Of a stretch of 64,000 nucleotides of DNA, positions 1 through 15,000 are shown one piece after another. A program made the position numbers and the translations under genes. Source of the DNA: Ruditapes philippinarum. Taxonomy: Eukaryota. How positions within the stretch are numbered: the first letter of the stretch is position 1; the number at the start of each line of letters is the position of its first letter. The stretch covers positions 62,001-126,000 of the forward strand of contig NW_026864532.1 of the NCBI RefSeq assembly GCF_026571515.1. Direction: 5' to 3'. The notes under the pieces were generated by a model. That model made no database searches. It saw only the letters and a list, made by a program, of their open reading frames with translations, and was not told where the DNA came from.

Positions 1-246
1 TTGTTTTAGTAACAGCCTTCTCTATTTCCAATATAGATATATTTTCATTCAAACTATCACAAGAGCGATTATTTTGACAACCATTATTAAGTATAGTAGT
101 TTCAACATTGCATATTGTCTACTAACAAACAAATTGCTAAAATCATTTTTCCATTTATCTAAAACTGTACTAATATTGTTGGTAATAGAACCATCTTCAC
201 AAATTACTTCTAATGGTTTACCCTTTTTCTTTGATCTGGTATGCAA
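1..246 (-). mobile_element. Degenerate non-LTR retrotransposon (LINE) ORF2 fragment, linker upstream of RT
   Basis: Minus-strand translation gives GKPLEVICEDGSITNNISTVLDKWKNDFSNLF and, after a frameshift, ENISILEIEKAVTK. Both resemble the pre-RT region of invertebrate LINE ORF2. Truncated by the window edge. Confidence 0.6.
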
Positions 247-639
247 TCACATAAATTTCACACTTCCACATCAACACCCTTTTCACAGATATCTTACTCT
301 AATCAACACCTTGATTCTTCAGTAATGAATTAATAAACACCTCAATTATCTGACAACAAACTTAATGCACATATGAATTGAACTCCTTTCAGGCTTTCTT
401 CATTATTCAAAAGTGAAATTTAGCGATTAAAATTCATTAATCATTTTTGATAATAAATTTATCCATTATCAAACATCTAATTATTTCAATAAAATATTTT
501 TCTTTAATTTATATCATTTAATAATAAACTTACCCATTTATTTAACATCTTAACACTTCAATCATTTAATTTATAGCAATTAATAAACTTACCCATTTAT
601 TTAACATCTTGAAAAAATACTGTATTAATAAAAATAAAA

Positions 640-757
640 ATGGGGAGGAACTGTCTGCTTATGTGCAAATATACAGACGGTTCTCCCTCAAAATAGGGAG
701 AGAACCGTCAGGGAGGAAACGTCAGGAGAGGAACTGGTAAGGGAGAGAATAGTCTGA
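640..757. repeat. Orphan end of a fold-back MITE with short subterminal repeats
   Basis: Repeated GGGAG(G/A)GAAC(C/T)GTC-like units, the same architecture as the ends of the elements at 27643 and 29067. No partner end is visible. Confidence 0.4.
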
Positions 758-972
758 CTAGCGCATGTGAAAACCAGTGCATACACCACAGAGCTTAAAT
801 ATCAAATACAAATGTTGAACTGACTGAACAATTAAATATAAATTGGCTTTGAAATTTTTTGTTTAAAACAATGAATATCACCAACGTATAAACACAACTT
901 AATATTGTTCTTACAGAATACAAAAGAAAAATTGTACTAGCAAGCTGATGGGAGGTCAAACAATGGGTTCTG

Positions 973-1108
973 CCAAAGGGGGTTGTGTAACGGTGCTTAA
1001 AGTTTATATATACATGTATGGATTGTCACCTGTTTTTTTGGTCTGGACATTGTTTTGGTCACAAATAACCCTAATATAGAGTCCAGGCACTGTTACAACC
1101 TCCTTTGG
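973..1108. mobile_element. 136-bp MITE with ~22-bp TIRs and a 6-bp TSD
   Basis: Left end CCAAAGGGGGTTG(TG)TAACGGTGC; right end reverse-complement CCAAAGGAGGTTGTAACAGTGC. GTTCTG is duplicated at 967-972 and 1109-1114. Confidence 0.8.
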
Positions 1109-2820
1109 GTTCTGCATGGTCTCATTTCTGCCGAGTAGTTCATAGAATGAATATGAAATTGCAAATATTTAGACGGACACCCTGGTGCAAATATATACCG
1201 GTATTTGCCCACTAGTTATTGATCCAATCTAGTTATAGGTTTAGGCATTGATCAAATGTACAAACTAATTATTGCCAGACACTTCATGTTTGGTTACCTC
1301 AGTACTTAGACCATATAAACTTAGTTCACGAGGTTTCTACACCCTAAAAATTTCTGAACAGAGAAGCCAAAACCTGTCTTATGCACATTCTTACAGGATT
1401 TACATTTCTGCAAAGTAGTTTCAATTTCCTATATTTGGTTTAAAAGATACAGAGTGGACATCAATTTGCTAAAGGACAATAGGATATTTAACATTATGCG
1501 GTTTTAGGAAGACATTTGTACTGAAATAAATAACAAAACTCATTGCTATTTCTTCTTTTAATATGAATTTTGATGAAACAATTTGATCTTTAGAAATGTA
1601 CATTTAAATACAAACTTGTCAGATCTAATTATCATTTAATTAATTTAATCATGATCAAGGAGATAGTAACAGATATCAATGCTAATCAACATGTGAATAA
1701 TATAAAACATGATTTTCCTTATTCTTCCTTGAAATCCTACAACATAACAGTTTTCTCTCAAACACTATACAGTCTTAGTGAAAATGATAACTTCTCACTA
1801 TTCTAATTGTATAGAATATCCTTTAAATCACAAAGTATTAAAAATTAGACAGCCACCTTAATATAATGGTAAATGTCAAACTTACTGCAACGAAAAACTG
1901 GTTAACTGAAAATTTAGTGATGTTATGCACAATTATTCACTTAAAAATTGTCTCTCATATGTTTATATATTAGGCCAGTTTGCATTTAGTTTTAACGTGT
2001 AAACTGCCTCCTGAACACTTCATTTTGAACACTAATGGTCACATAATTGCAAAAGCAATATGCAAAAACAAAATAATAAATGAACACATTATTGCATCAT
2101 TTTTGAACACATAACATCATACTTGGTCATTAACCAATGTATCATACAAGATTACTGATTTTTCTTTAGTACGAGTACAATCAAGCTTTTATACAAAAAA
2201 AAAATATTTGACAATCAACTTTCAAAAATTTATACACGATTTACAAAAAGTCAAATACATTTTTGTATACAAAACAACTGAGAGGGAAATAATTTTGGAA
2301 CCGTTATAGAAGAGTAATCTATAAAATTTACGAAAAAAAAAATACAAGAATATCAAGATTTATATATAATACATATAGCACTTTCTGACAGGAGAACTGA
2401 GCAAATTTGACATACGGTAATCCCTGATGGAACAGCAGTAATCTGTCCTTGCCAGATAGCACCAATGAACATGGCAGACAGACCTAAATGTCAACGTCTT
2501 CGACAGCTTTGATATTTCAAATTATCTATGCAAGAGTCAACATCAGTCAAATAAATTAATGTCAGAATCAAGTATTTTTCCCTATTATCAATACAATTTG
2601 TTTGGAAAAATAATCAAGTTCTCTAGTACCCAAGGGCACCATTTCTAACAACAAATACAAGCATACTGTAGCATTATTATACAAATGTATATGGATACAT
2701 TACTTCCCCTTAGCCCACATTTGTACAGTATATATAAAACTATGCAAGCTATAATTCTTCAATGCCCCACTTATGCTATAACACAATGTATCTGCTATTT
2801 TTTTTTTAAACATTTTAGTA

Positions 2821-2826
2821 TTTATT
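2821..2826 (-). other. Candidate MCM4 polyadenylation signal AATAAA
   Basis: TTTATT on the plus strand, ~245 nt after the stop codon. The AT-rich context makes this weak evidence. Confidence 0.3.
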
Positions 2827-3070
2827 TGTTCAAATATATTACACAAGTCATGTTGTGGGGAAAAAATGTTATATTTAAAAACACCCATGACAGTACTAGC
2901 ACATTATGTGAATATTGCAAATGTTATAAAAAATAATAGAAACTACATTTGGAACAATATTCAACATGTTTTAATGAACTTGTGTAGCCTATTTGTAATT
3001 TTTTTCCAGAGTCCTTCAACAGTTTTTTTTAACAATGTATTTAACAAAGTTCGTGCATTATTTTCCTCAT

Positions 3071-6000
3071 TTAAGCACAGAGCCTGATGACTTTGTTGGT
3101 AACTATCAGGAAATCTTCATCTTGCAATTCTTTCAAAGCTTCTTCAAACAAATCTCTTGGTACGGGCTGAAAAGAAAACAACAATTTATGGGTTTAACAC
3201 ATTTTTTGTCATATCTTTGGAACATTTTTTTATTTTTTCATAATTTGGCCGGGCTCCCCAATCCACCTAACATTCAATTTCTCCTCAAGGGACAGACTAC
3301 TTATCAAACATGATTTCTGATCAGCAATGACTGACAAATTGACTCAATGTCCTAGATCAATTTTATCAGAGAAATTCAACTTGCCACAGGATCAAATCAG
3401 TGACCCCTGAAATTGGGTCGTGTTACAAATCTCACAATATCCTTAAAATACACCATTATTTGTCAACTCAACTTATCTTTTAACCTGATACACTGATCAT
3501 GATACACTAGGCAAACACAGAAAATACCTTTTTCTACTTACACATAGATACATATAATTGTATTTAAATTACCATTTTACAAAGAAATCAGGAACATGAA
3601 ACCTTGTTCTTAAAATTATAGAATTTTTGAAAAGACATGTCCAAGTATTCCATGTAACCAAATTCCATGAGAAATTCATGAACTAAAATAAACCTGTTTG
3701 TTTGATTGGGTTTTACACCACACCGACACAGCATAGGTCATATGGTGATGTTCCAGCTTTACTGGTGGAGGAAGACCTTAGGGGCCCTTCCGTGGATTAT
3801 TTCAGGTAAGAATGGGCACCCAAGTAAAACCACCTATTTTCCCTAAGCTAGCTGGATAGCTTCCTCACATGAAAGAATCCAAAATCCCTGTCAGAATTTG
3901 AACCCACAGCGGTGTGGGGCAAGTGGTTTGAAATCAACAACCTTAACCACTCAGCCACGGACGCTTAAATGATAAACCTAATTCATTTGATCATTCTTGT
4001 TTAATTTATTTGATCATTCTTGTTATTTAGAAAAGGGACAATCAATTCTTCAATTTTTTAAGGTAAAGTGACAGCATGATTAAGAGGGAACTACTAAATT
4101 TTCCTTAAACACTTAAAATACCCACCACATCTGATCTTTCTCTCAGTTCCTCGTAAAGTTTGACCTGCTTCAATGTGGCCACCTTGCCCTTCTCCTGTAT
4201 CAATTTCTTCAGGGCTTGAGTCACCTCCGCCTTACGTTTACGAGCCGCTCCACTTATACCAGTGGTTAAAATACTGACATCGATCTTGCCAGTACTGGGA
4301 TCAACAGCTGCCTGCTTCAGTGCCTCCTTGTACAGTCTGAATATATAACAATAATTTCATCAGAATCTTACAGAGATGACAATTTTTTACTTAAAAATTA
4401 AACAATAATCTTTACCAGGTAGTGTGTTGAATTCTTAATGGAACAAAGATTTAAGTAAGATAGTTTGGTACTTTGATCTGGTTTCGTTTTAGAGTAATGT
4501 TTCTGACATTCCCTATTTAGTTGCTCTAAAAGTAGTAAAAACCTTTACAATGTAGATTTTAATATAAAATCATACAATTATTACTAAACAAACCAAAGCT
4601 TCTATTTAACCCCTTCATTGATTAATTTTATGTTTCAATGTCTTTTTAGACGGGGTTTTCTTTTTTATCTGAGGCAACAAATATGCCAATGAAAACAACA
4701 GGTTTGGCCAAGGGTCAAAGGGGATATTTTCATATACAACCAATTTCAAGAGCATTTAAACTGATATGAATCGCCAATCTGTTAATAATGAAAACCCTGA
4801 ACAACATAATTATTTACCAAGTGCAGATATATTTATATTACCTCATAGCTTCCTCAACATCTGCCACGTGTACAGTGTCTGACAACCTCATTCTGGCATG
4901 GGCCTCAGCCAATCGAATGAGAGATTCCAGCTGTCTTGGGTAAGCTGACACCTGGCCCCTCCCACTACCTATCTTACGCATATTGACATACTCCTGTATT
5001 AAGGATTGTCCCGCCTCTTCACTTAGTTTAGGCTGTATGGTAACTTTAGCAAACGAGATATAGTCTCTCAAAATACTCATATCCTGTAAAACAGAAAACA
5101 ATAAATTTATAAACATTTTTTATAACTTTGTTCAGCTCATAGGGCCATTTCTAAAAAAAAAATATATACCCAATTAGGCCATTTGTGGATTTCAAGCATC
5201 TGCTTGTAAAGTTCTTTTGCGTTTAAGTTTAGCTAGATAGTTTCCCTACATAAATGATTCTCAAGTGCCTAGCAGGATTTGAATTGGGGCGTCATAAGAC
5301 AGGAAATATTGTATCAACACATTCTTACCCCAAAAAATTTAAATTAAGGCCCCAATCTTGTACCTGCAAAAAAAAAACCCCAACTATTAATCAATATGCT
5401 ACTATAATTTTAAACCCAAACCAGAATTAATTTATTTTCTTCTTGAATTATGGTAATCTAGAAAGAAGAAAATTATACTTTCAAAATATGCTATCTTACC
5501 AGAAATTCCTCCTCGGACTGTTCCTGGGCATGGAAATACAGGGAGACAAGATGATTGGCAAGTTTCCTGTCATACAACTCATCTTGTGGATCTAGTATCA
5601 GGAAGATCAGATCAAACCTGTGAAAAAAACATTGCATTTGAAATTCCAAGTTAATCTTGTATCCACCCTTTCAGGCACTCGGGGTACAGACCATGTATGT
5701 AAGCTTCTATGGAAAGGGAAATCATTAAATACTTTAGAAACCATGGATGTTCCACAAGCTAGCTGGATAGCTTCCTCAAATGAAACAATCTGAGTCCCTG
5801 CCAGGATTTCTACCCACAGGAGTGAGTGGGGCACCCTCTTTGGAGTCAACAACCATGGATGCCCTTCTTGCATTGTATAGGTACAAGGTAACACACAGGA
5901 ATACAATCATTCTACAGTTCTCTGTATAGCTTACTTACATTACAGAATAATGTGACGTAACAACCACTTTCAAAATTCTAAGCAGTACTGGTCAAGCCTT

Positions 6001-9000
6001 TATATCCCATGCATCAAATACAAATTGCCAACAGTAAGTATATCAGGTAATTTACCTTGACAATAGTGTGTGTGGGAGCATAATGTTCTCTGTGATAGTT
6101 TTGTTCTTGTTCCACTGTGACTCGACTGGGTTGGCTGCAGCCAAGATGGATGTTCTAGCGTTCAAGGAGCAGATGATACCAGCTTTGGCGATTGACAATG
6201 TTTGTTGTTCCTGAGTAAAAGGGGAGATAATAAATATATCCATATCAATGTGTTGAGAGATTGATTGTTGTATCTTAAAAATTTACTGACAATCAGCTTT
6301 TTTTCCCATAACTTGCAATAAACATAATAATTAACTGCTAATTCATATCAGTTGATTGATGAAACCAACAAAGAAGTACAACTTAACACTTTGCTTCAAT
6401 TTTATCAGGGCTTTTGAGTGTTAACAAATGTAAGTTGTCAAATATCATTCTTTCTCTTCTTTTTTTTTGGTCGAGTTTTAAAGTTCAATGAACACCGCCA
6501 GTGACCATAGCTTTAACTTTTGAGACATGTGATAGAAAAAAATATACTCCCGAAAAATAACTAGAACTGCCACTGTCATGGCGTGAATACCCCCACATAC
6601 CACTTTGTCAGAATCAACAGTGGCCATTTAGAGCTCAAGGACAACTTCCCTGCCAAATCTGAGGTTACTAAGCCAGTGCATTGCTAAGTAATGTATTCTA
6701 CATGCTTCAAATGTGAAAATGTAAAAATCAGTACACTGCAGACAGGCATTCTTAAGCAATTGAGGGGAAAAACTTATTTTATTGTCAAGGTCCCCCTGAC
6801 CTATGACCCAGTGACCTCAAAATCAATAGGGGTCACCTTATGGTCATGATCAACCTCCATGCCAAATATGAAGACTGTGGGTCAAAGGAATCTTAAGTTA
6901 ATGGGCAGAAAAACTTTTTTAGTCAAGGCCCCTGTGACCTTGACCTTTGACCCAGTGACCTCAAAATCAATAGGGGTCATCTACTAATCATGACTAACCT
7001 CCATGCCAAATATGAAGACTTTGGGTCAAAGGAATCTTTAGTTATTGGGCGGACAAGCTTTTTGAAGTCAAGGCCCCTGTGACCTTGACCTTAGACCCGG
7101 TGACCCCAAAATCAATAGGGGTCATCTACTAATCATGACTAACCTCCATGCCAAATATGAAGACTGTGGGTCAAAAGAATCTTAAGGTTTTTGGGCGGAC
7201 AAGCTTTTTGAAGTCAAGGCCCCTGTGACCTTGACCTTAGACCCGGTGACCTCAAAATCAAAAGCGGTCATCTACTAATCATGACTAACCTCCATGCCAA
7301 ATATGAAGACTTTGGGTCAAAGGAATCTTTAGTTATTGGGCGGACAAGCTTTTTGAATTCAAGGCCCCTGTGACCTTGACCTTTGACCCAGTGACCTCAA
7401 AATCAATAGGGGTCATCTACTAATCATGACTAACCTCCATGCCAAATATGAAGACTGTGGGTCAAAGGAATCTTAAGTTATTGGGCGGACAAGCTTTTTG
7501 AAGCCAAGGCCCCTGTGACCTTTGACCCAGTGACCTCAAAATCAATAGCGGTCATCTACTTATTTCATGACTAACCTCCATGCCAAATATGAAGACTGTG
7601 GGTCAAAGGAATCTTAAGTTATTGGGCGGACAAGAAAAAACCGACGGACAGCCAGCCGGACGGACAAGCTGATTCAAGTATACCCCCCTTACAACTTTGT
7701 TGTGCGGGGGTATAAATACAGATTTCAATGAATGTAACCATTCAATTACAAAACTTGTTTCCCATATTTCAGATCACAAAAATATATAAATACGCTAGCA
7801 ATAAATATAAAATTGGTTACCATGACTTCATGGAGAACAGATCTTGTACTATCATTCATCTTGTCAAATTCATCAATACAGCATACACCATTGTCACTGA
7901 GTACCAAAGCTCCACTGTGAGTACAAATAATAACCAAAGATGAAGATAACTTCATTTTTCAGATATATTTACAGCTATATTTTAAACAAAGAATAAAAGA
8001 ATAACTGCTCACTTAAAACACAAAGTCTTCTGACATCTTGAATCCAAAACTGTTCATATGACTAAATACTATACTGTTTTAGGTAAATTTTGTTTGTTTT
8101 GTTTTACAGGTGCACAAACACAATTGAGGTCATATAGCACTGAAACAGGAAAGATAACTTCTGGTGTTAGAACTTAAAGCAAAATCAGTTTAAGGTAAAA
8201 ACTAATTTACAGAAACATCTCATAAAGTAACATTACTTACGTTTGTAGAACAAGCTGTCTGGTATCTGGGTCTTTAGTGATGTATGCTGTCAAACCTGTG
8301 GCACTTGAACCCTTTCCTGAAGTGTACTGCCCACGGGGTACCAGATTATGTACATATTGCAGTAACTGAGACTTACTGGTTCCCGGGTCACCGCACAATA
8401 AAATATTCATCTCCGATCTGAAAGGAACAATGAAGTTGGTTTATAAAAGAACAATTAATATGATGGATGAAAGAAATTTCATTCTATTCAAAATCTATTA
8501 CACCACTGCATTTTGTTCTCACAAATTCGTTTTAATTTGATCGTGGTGGAAGCTATTAGCTAATTGGAACACTCTTGAATCATTTTCTGGATCATACCAG
8601 TACTAAGCAACAAGTGTAGTTTCTTGGTCGTGGAAACAACATTTTGCCCCTGATGAGGTTTGAGCCAGGTAGCCAGCAATCCTTTAGATTACTAGTCTGA
8701 CATATCATTAACTCGGCCACACCCACTGAATTTGAATAGTAAACTTTTGTCCATCATTATTTTAAGAGGACTAAATATCATTACACTTGAGAGCACCCAC
8801 TTAGTAGACTGAGAATAAACAGATATACATACTGGCAAGATTCTATACCAGTTACATTATCATTGTTAGTATTCAACATCAAAATCTGTACCTATTACAA
8901 GTTAAAAAGATTTTTGTTTGTAAAATTGTTATATTGCAAACAAGTGTTTGTACACAGGCATATAACTGGTCAAGAACCTTTTTTGAATAACAATACTGCA

Positions 9001-12000
9001 AACTTTCTTTATTAATTAATTGTGCTTTGCATTTAGATTATACATGTAAATGTCACGATTATCCAATGAAAAATGATGTTACAAATGTGCAGTAATAATC
9101 TAAATTTATAAATTTAACAGTATCATTAAAACTTTACGTATTAGGTAATTGCTAGTACACAAAGTGCATTGAAATCTGTTAGCTACATTATTCCAACACA
9201 GAAGCAGAAAGCAGTATCAATTTATATGTTTTACAAACCTCTTTCAAAATATACACTTGTATCACAAACCCCTACAATTTGTGAAATTTCTGTATGTCTC
9301 AACATGACTCAAGTCTATCTCTTTAAAATGTAACACAGAGAGAGTTACCTAAATTTTCCTCTGCCTGTATTTGTAAAATCTTTCCTGGTTCCGCCAAACA
9401 GTTGCAGTAAAATGCCCTTTTTGATATCATCATTCTCATATATACTGGGAGCTGAAATGCAAGAAATGCCTTTCAAAGTATTTCAACTTAAAATATGTAA
9501 AGCAAATGTGCTTTATATCCAATTCATCGTGATTCAAAAGTTAACATTTTATGTACTGATTTCAAACTGGAAAGTTAATGCTGAAAAATATGTACATTCA
9601 GGGAATTTTTCCCCCAATCCCAAGGAGCCAATTAGGCCACACTCCCAATTCAAAATAACCTCTTTCTTTCCCAAATCATATGAAAAATAGCTGGTTTCTT
9701 AGTGACAAGCTGTATGAATATCTATCTGAATGAAACTTAAGTCACAGATATGGTAGTTTTTTAACTTTCCCATTTCTCAAAGTGGGCCTTTTCCAAATGA
9801 CAGGGAATAGGCTCTTTCATGATAATTAATTGATAGTCATAATATACCTATGGCTCTCGCCAGCCTCTCGTAAATGTCAGACTCCTTGGCTAGTTTCTGT
9901 ATCAACTCGACTCGCTCCTGGGGCAGGCGGGATGATTTACTGAAACATGAAAATTTACTATCAATCAAATAAGCTCTTTTTTAACTTGGTTTTTCTTTAT
10001 AACCTTTTCAATTTATTTATTTTAGTTCAGTATTTCAGATTTTCTTTAAGTAAAATCTACCTTATTGAAAACATTTTGTTTCAATATGTATTGGTTCCTG
10101 GGCCTTTTTGCAGCGCACCAACATGGTATAGGTCAAATAGCATCTTACCAGCTTTACAGGAGAAGGAAGGACACGGGTGCTTTTCTGTGCATTATTTCGG
10201 ACACAAAAGAACACCTGCATAGAACTGCATGTTCAGTAAGCTAGCTGGATAGCTTACTCACATGAAAGAATCCAAAGTCCCTGTCGGGACAGGGATTCTG
10301 GGCTTTTTAACCACACATGAAAATGCAAACTTTACCACATAAAATGGTACATGACTTATGAAAACAAACAAATTAACAAAGAACAAGAGTACCAGAGAAC
10401 TGGAGCGGGGCCAGTTTAAACCCCAGGGCTTTTATTTGAACAAACTTGGTAGACACCCATTAGAAGATATTTCATGCTTAACATCTAAGGTCTAGCTGGT
10501 CAAGTTTTTTTCTTTACACATATTGGCGGGGCCAATTTTGACCCCAGGGCTTTAATTTGAAGAAACTTGGCAGACACCCATTAGAAGATGTTTCATGCTA
10601 AATATTTTAGCTCTAGCTCTTTGGGTTCTTTAAAAGAAGAATTTTTTAAGTTTTTACTTTATACATATAGGGAAAATCAATGACCCCCTGGGGCGGGGCC
10701 AATTTTGACCCCCAGGGCTTTTATTTGAACAAACTTGGTAGACATCAATTAGAACATGTTTCATGCCAAATATCTAAGCTCTAGCTCTTTGGGTTTTTTA
10801 GAAGAAGATTTTTTAAGTTTTTACTATATGCATATAGGGAAAATCAATGACCCCCTTGGGTGGGGCCAATTTTGACCCCAGGGCTTTTATTTGAACAAAC
10901 TTGGTAGACACCCATTAGAAGATGTTTCATGCCAAATATCTTAGCTCTAGCTCTTTGGGTTCTTTAAAAGAAATTTTTTTAAGTTTTTACTATATGCATA
11001 TAGGGAAAGTCAATGACCCCCTGGGGCGGGGGCCAATTTTGACCCCAGGGCTTTTATTTGAACAAACTTGGTAGACACCGATTAGAAGATGTTTCATGCT
11101 AAATATCTTAGCTCTAGCTCTTTGGGCTTTTTAGAAGATGTTTTTAAAGTTTTTTCTTTTGGTTGCCATGGCAACCAGAGTTCTGCATGGAATGGAATTC
11201 TTTGAACAACTTTGTTAAGGCTTCACACAAGGAACATCCCTGTGAAGTTTCATTATGATCTGCCTTATGGTTTCAGAGGAGATGTCGTTTGAAAAGTGTG
11301 AACGGACAACGGACGACGTACAACGGATGACGGACGAAGAGTGATCCTAATAGCTCACCCTGAGCATATGCTCAGGTGAGCTAAAAACAAGCACCTTAAG
11401 ATCAATCATTCGCTCCTTAATGCTTATCATACAAACCACATTTGAACATGATTCACATCAGGTTAAAACTGAGAAGAGCAAAAAACATGCATCATTCTGT
11501 ATCAAAATCAGAGGAACAGACTAACCTTTCATCATCTTCTGCCTCGTGCAGACGCTTGACATCCATCTTCCTGAAGTGTACAACATCAATATGTGTCTTG
11601 TAGACTGACTTCACATTTCGCATACGTGGATTCACTCTCAGCGGCATCGCCCTGTATATACCAGTGATTGTCACTCGGTCACCAGGCTGAACCTTGTCCA
11701 CCAAATCACTGTGTGCATACAGTACTACTGTGTGTGGCGTCTGACCAGGTGGCATATCCTCTGAAGTAGCATTTTCACATACATTTAAGTTTAATTTAAA
11801 ATGTTTCCAATTCTACCAAAATCAGTTGAATTTTCACTACCAGTTTTACTTCTATGCTAGGTATATATGAGTAGTAATTGATTGAAATCATCTAGGGAGA
11901 CAATTTTTTTTTCACAATAAAAGACTTCAAAAACTGAATATTCACATTTCATGGTATATGCATCACATTCTTTACTTAACTTAACTAAATAATCCTGTAA

Positions 12001-15000
12001 CCCAATTCATAATAAAATTAAGAATATCATAAATTTTTTGAGGAAATAAATCTAGGCAAATAATGTGTAATTTGTTATTACCTGGAGATTCCTGCAGCTT
12101 GATATGCTGCTTATCACTGAAGTGTGACCTATTGTGCACGAGGGCAAAACTATGATTTGTATTACAGTTAGTACACAGTGTTGGCTCTGCAATCCTGCCC
12201 CTCTCTATCTCTACAGAAGCCGTGTTGTGACACACATAGCACGAGAAAAATGCTTCACGCATCTCCGGGATCAAGGCTGACAATCGAATGACCATACCAC
12301 TTATCGTGATCAACTGATCAATATCTGAAATAGTAACATAAACCTCCATTATATTACAGGGTTCAAACAGAATCATGTAGTCTTAATTTAAGCACTTTTC
12401 AAGGGCTTTTTCAAGACCAATTTTGCATTTTCAAGGACAATTTTCGCGCATTGTTTCCGGCAAGTTTCAACTCTAAGCAAAGAAGATTTAACATCATTTA
12501 TTATCATTGTTAATAATAATATACTTAAGCCACAACATTCTTTGAAAAATACATGTTGTTTTACAATTTGATGTAAATACTTTAACTTCTTAAATCAACT
12601 TTTGCTTTTATTACCTGCAGTTCAAGTTATTCAATTTCTTTTTTCTGATCTTTGGAACCCTTCATTAATATATTACTTTGAGTCACAAAGACAAACCACT
12701 GGCATTGTCTTCTTTAGGCTTTGACATAGAGGCAACCTCGTTATCATTTATTACATTGTTATCTGAGTCAGAATTAGTCTTTTTAGCCTCAATTTTAAAA
12801 ATCCCTTCTTGTTTAACAAAAAACAAATCACATGATCCCTGTTTCTGTTGTATTTTTAAATTTTCTTTGTGACTTTCACCTTTTTCGTGACTTTTCAGGG
12901 CGCTGTCTCCCATACCACCGATTTCAATATTTTTCATACAAACTCAGCAATGCGCCTTTCTAATATCACTTGATTTCTGTACCCAACTATAATCTTTCAA
13001 TTGAAATCGGCTTTTACCCAATTTTTATTACGAATTGGCTATATCGAAACACTTCAGGAACAAAATATTCCAACACTTGGGAGTGTATACGTCTAAATGC
13101 TCACAATAATTACAAAGAAACTTGAGAAAGAGCGAAACACCGACGATATAGATAGCAGATGGTCGATTTATTTTTATTGGGAACGCTTTTTTCTACTCGC
13201 GAAAACTGTTAATGTGAAAAGCGATGACGTAAGGCCATCCTTAAAAAAATGTTTGTTTGCAGTAACGCGACCGACTCACAAAATTTGCCCCTACTCAAAA
13301 TTTTTTTTCATGGTCTGGATGAAATTTTTTTTTTTTTGAATCAGAAAATTATGCCTTGTGCTTTGTTTTTGTTCTTTTAAAGGTTAATAGAAGAAATAAA
13401 ATGTAGGTCTTATTAAATTAGAACTCAGTTATCAATTTATTAATTGTTACCAGATTATCAAAGCATATATATTCCAGCATTTTGAAATGCCATGTTTATT
13501 TGGGAGTACAATTCAATAAAAAAAAAAAAAAAATCGACCTACCTACCCACCTTGAAACTTCTGGGTCGGGTTACTGCAAACAAACATTTTTTTAAGGATG
13601 GCCTTATACACACGAACACGAATACCGACGACGTAAAACACATGCGGGCTTCATTTCGTACTCATGTATTTTCGTAACTATTTCGCGGAAGTAAATAAAA
13701 ATCTTCTGTGATATATTCTGTCCCTTCCTTATTAAACAAGAGGGCCATGATGGCCCTGAGGTCGCTCACCTGTATATAGGCCCCCGGAGCTTAAACCCCA
13801 GGGCTTTTATTTGAACAAACTTGGAAGACACTCATTAGAAGATGTTTCACAATGTTAAGTTTTTACTACACACATGTAATGAAAAACAATGATCTCACCC
13901 GCCCCCGTCCACCTTTCCCTTCCCCCCCCCCCCCCCCCCGCAGGGCCAATTTTCACCCAAGGGCATTTATTTGAACAAACTTTGTAGACATCCATATGAA
14001 GATATTTCATGCTAACCATCTAAGCTCTAGCTCATTGGGTTTTTTAAAAGAAGATTTTTAACTTTTTACTACACACATATAGTTAAAAACAATGACACCC
14101 CTGGGGCGGGGCCAGTTTTGACCCCAGGGCTTTTATTTGAACAAACTTTGTAGACGTTTACTACAAGATGTTTCATGCTTAATATCTAAACTCTAGCTAT
14201 CTAGGTTTTTTCAAAGAAGATTTTTTTAAGTTTTTACTATAATTATGCATATAGGGAAAATCAAGACCCCCCATGGCGGGGCTAATTTTGACCCCAGGGC
14301 TTTTATTTGAACAAACTTTGTAGACACTCATTAGAAGATGTTTCATGCTTAATATCTAAACTCTAGCTATTTGGGTTTTTTCAAAGAAGATTATTTAAGT
14401 TTTTGCTATACACATATAAGGAAAATCAATGACCCCCGGGGCGGGGCCAATTTTGACCCCAGGGCTGTTATTTGAACAAACTTGGTAGACACCCATTAAA
14501 AGATGTTTCATGCTGAATATCTTAGCTCTAGCTCTTTGAGTTCTTTCAAAGAAGATTTTGTAAGTTTTTACTATATGTATATAGGGATAATCAAGACCCC
14601 CCCGGGCGGGGCCAATTTTTACCCCAGGGCTTTTATTTGAACAAACTTTGTAGACACTCACTAGAAGATGTTTCATGCTTAATATCTAAACTCTAGCTAT
14701 TTGAGTTCTTTCAAAGAAGATTTTGTAAGTTTTTACTATATGCATATAGGGGAAATCAATGACCCCCTGGGGCGGGGCCAATTTTGACCCCACAGCTTTT
14801 ATTTGAACAAACTTGGTACACACTCATTAGAAGATGTTTCATGCTGAATATCTTAGCTCTAGCTCTTTGGGTTCTTTAAAAGAAGAATTTTTAAGTTTTT
14901 ACTATATGCATATAGAGAAAATCAATGACCCCCTGGGGCGGGGCCAATTTTGACCCCAGGGATTTTATTGGTAGACACTTGGTAGACACTCACTAGAAGA

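Noticed and set aside
521-610. ~31-bp direct repeat (similar 21-bp duplication at ~27331-27373)
   Set aside because: Simple local duplication in AT-rich DNA with no further structure.
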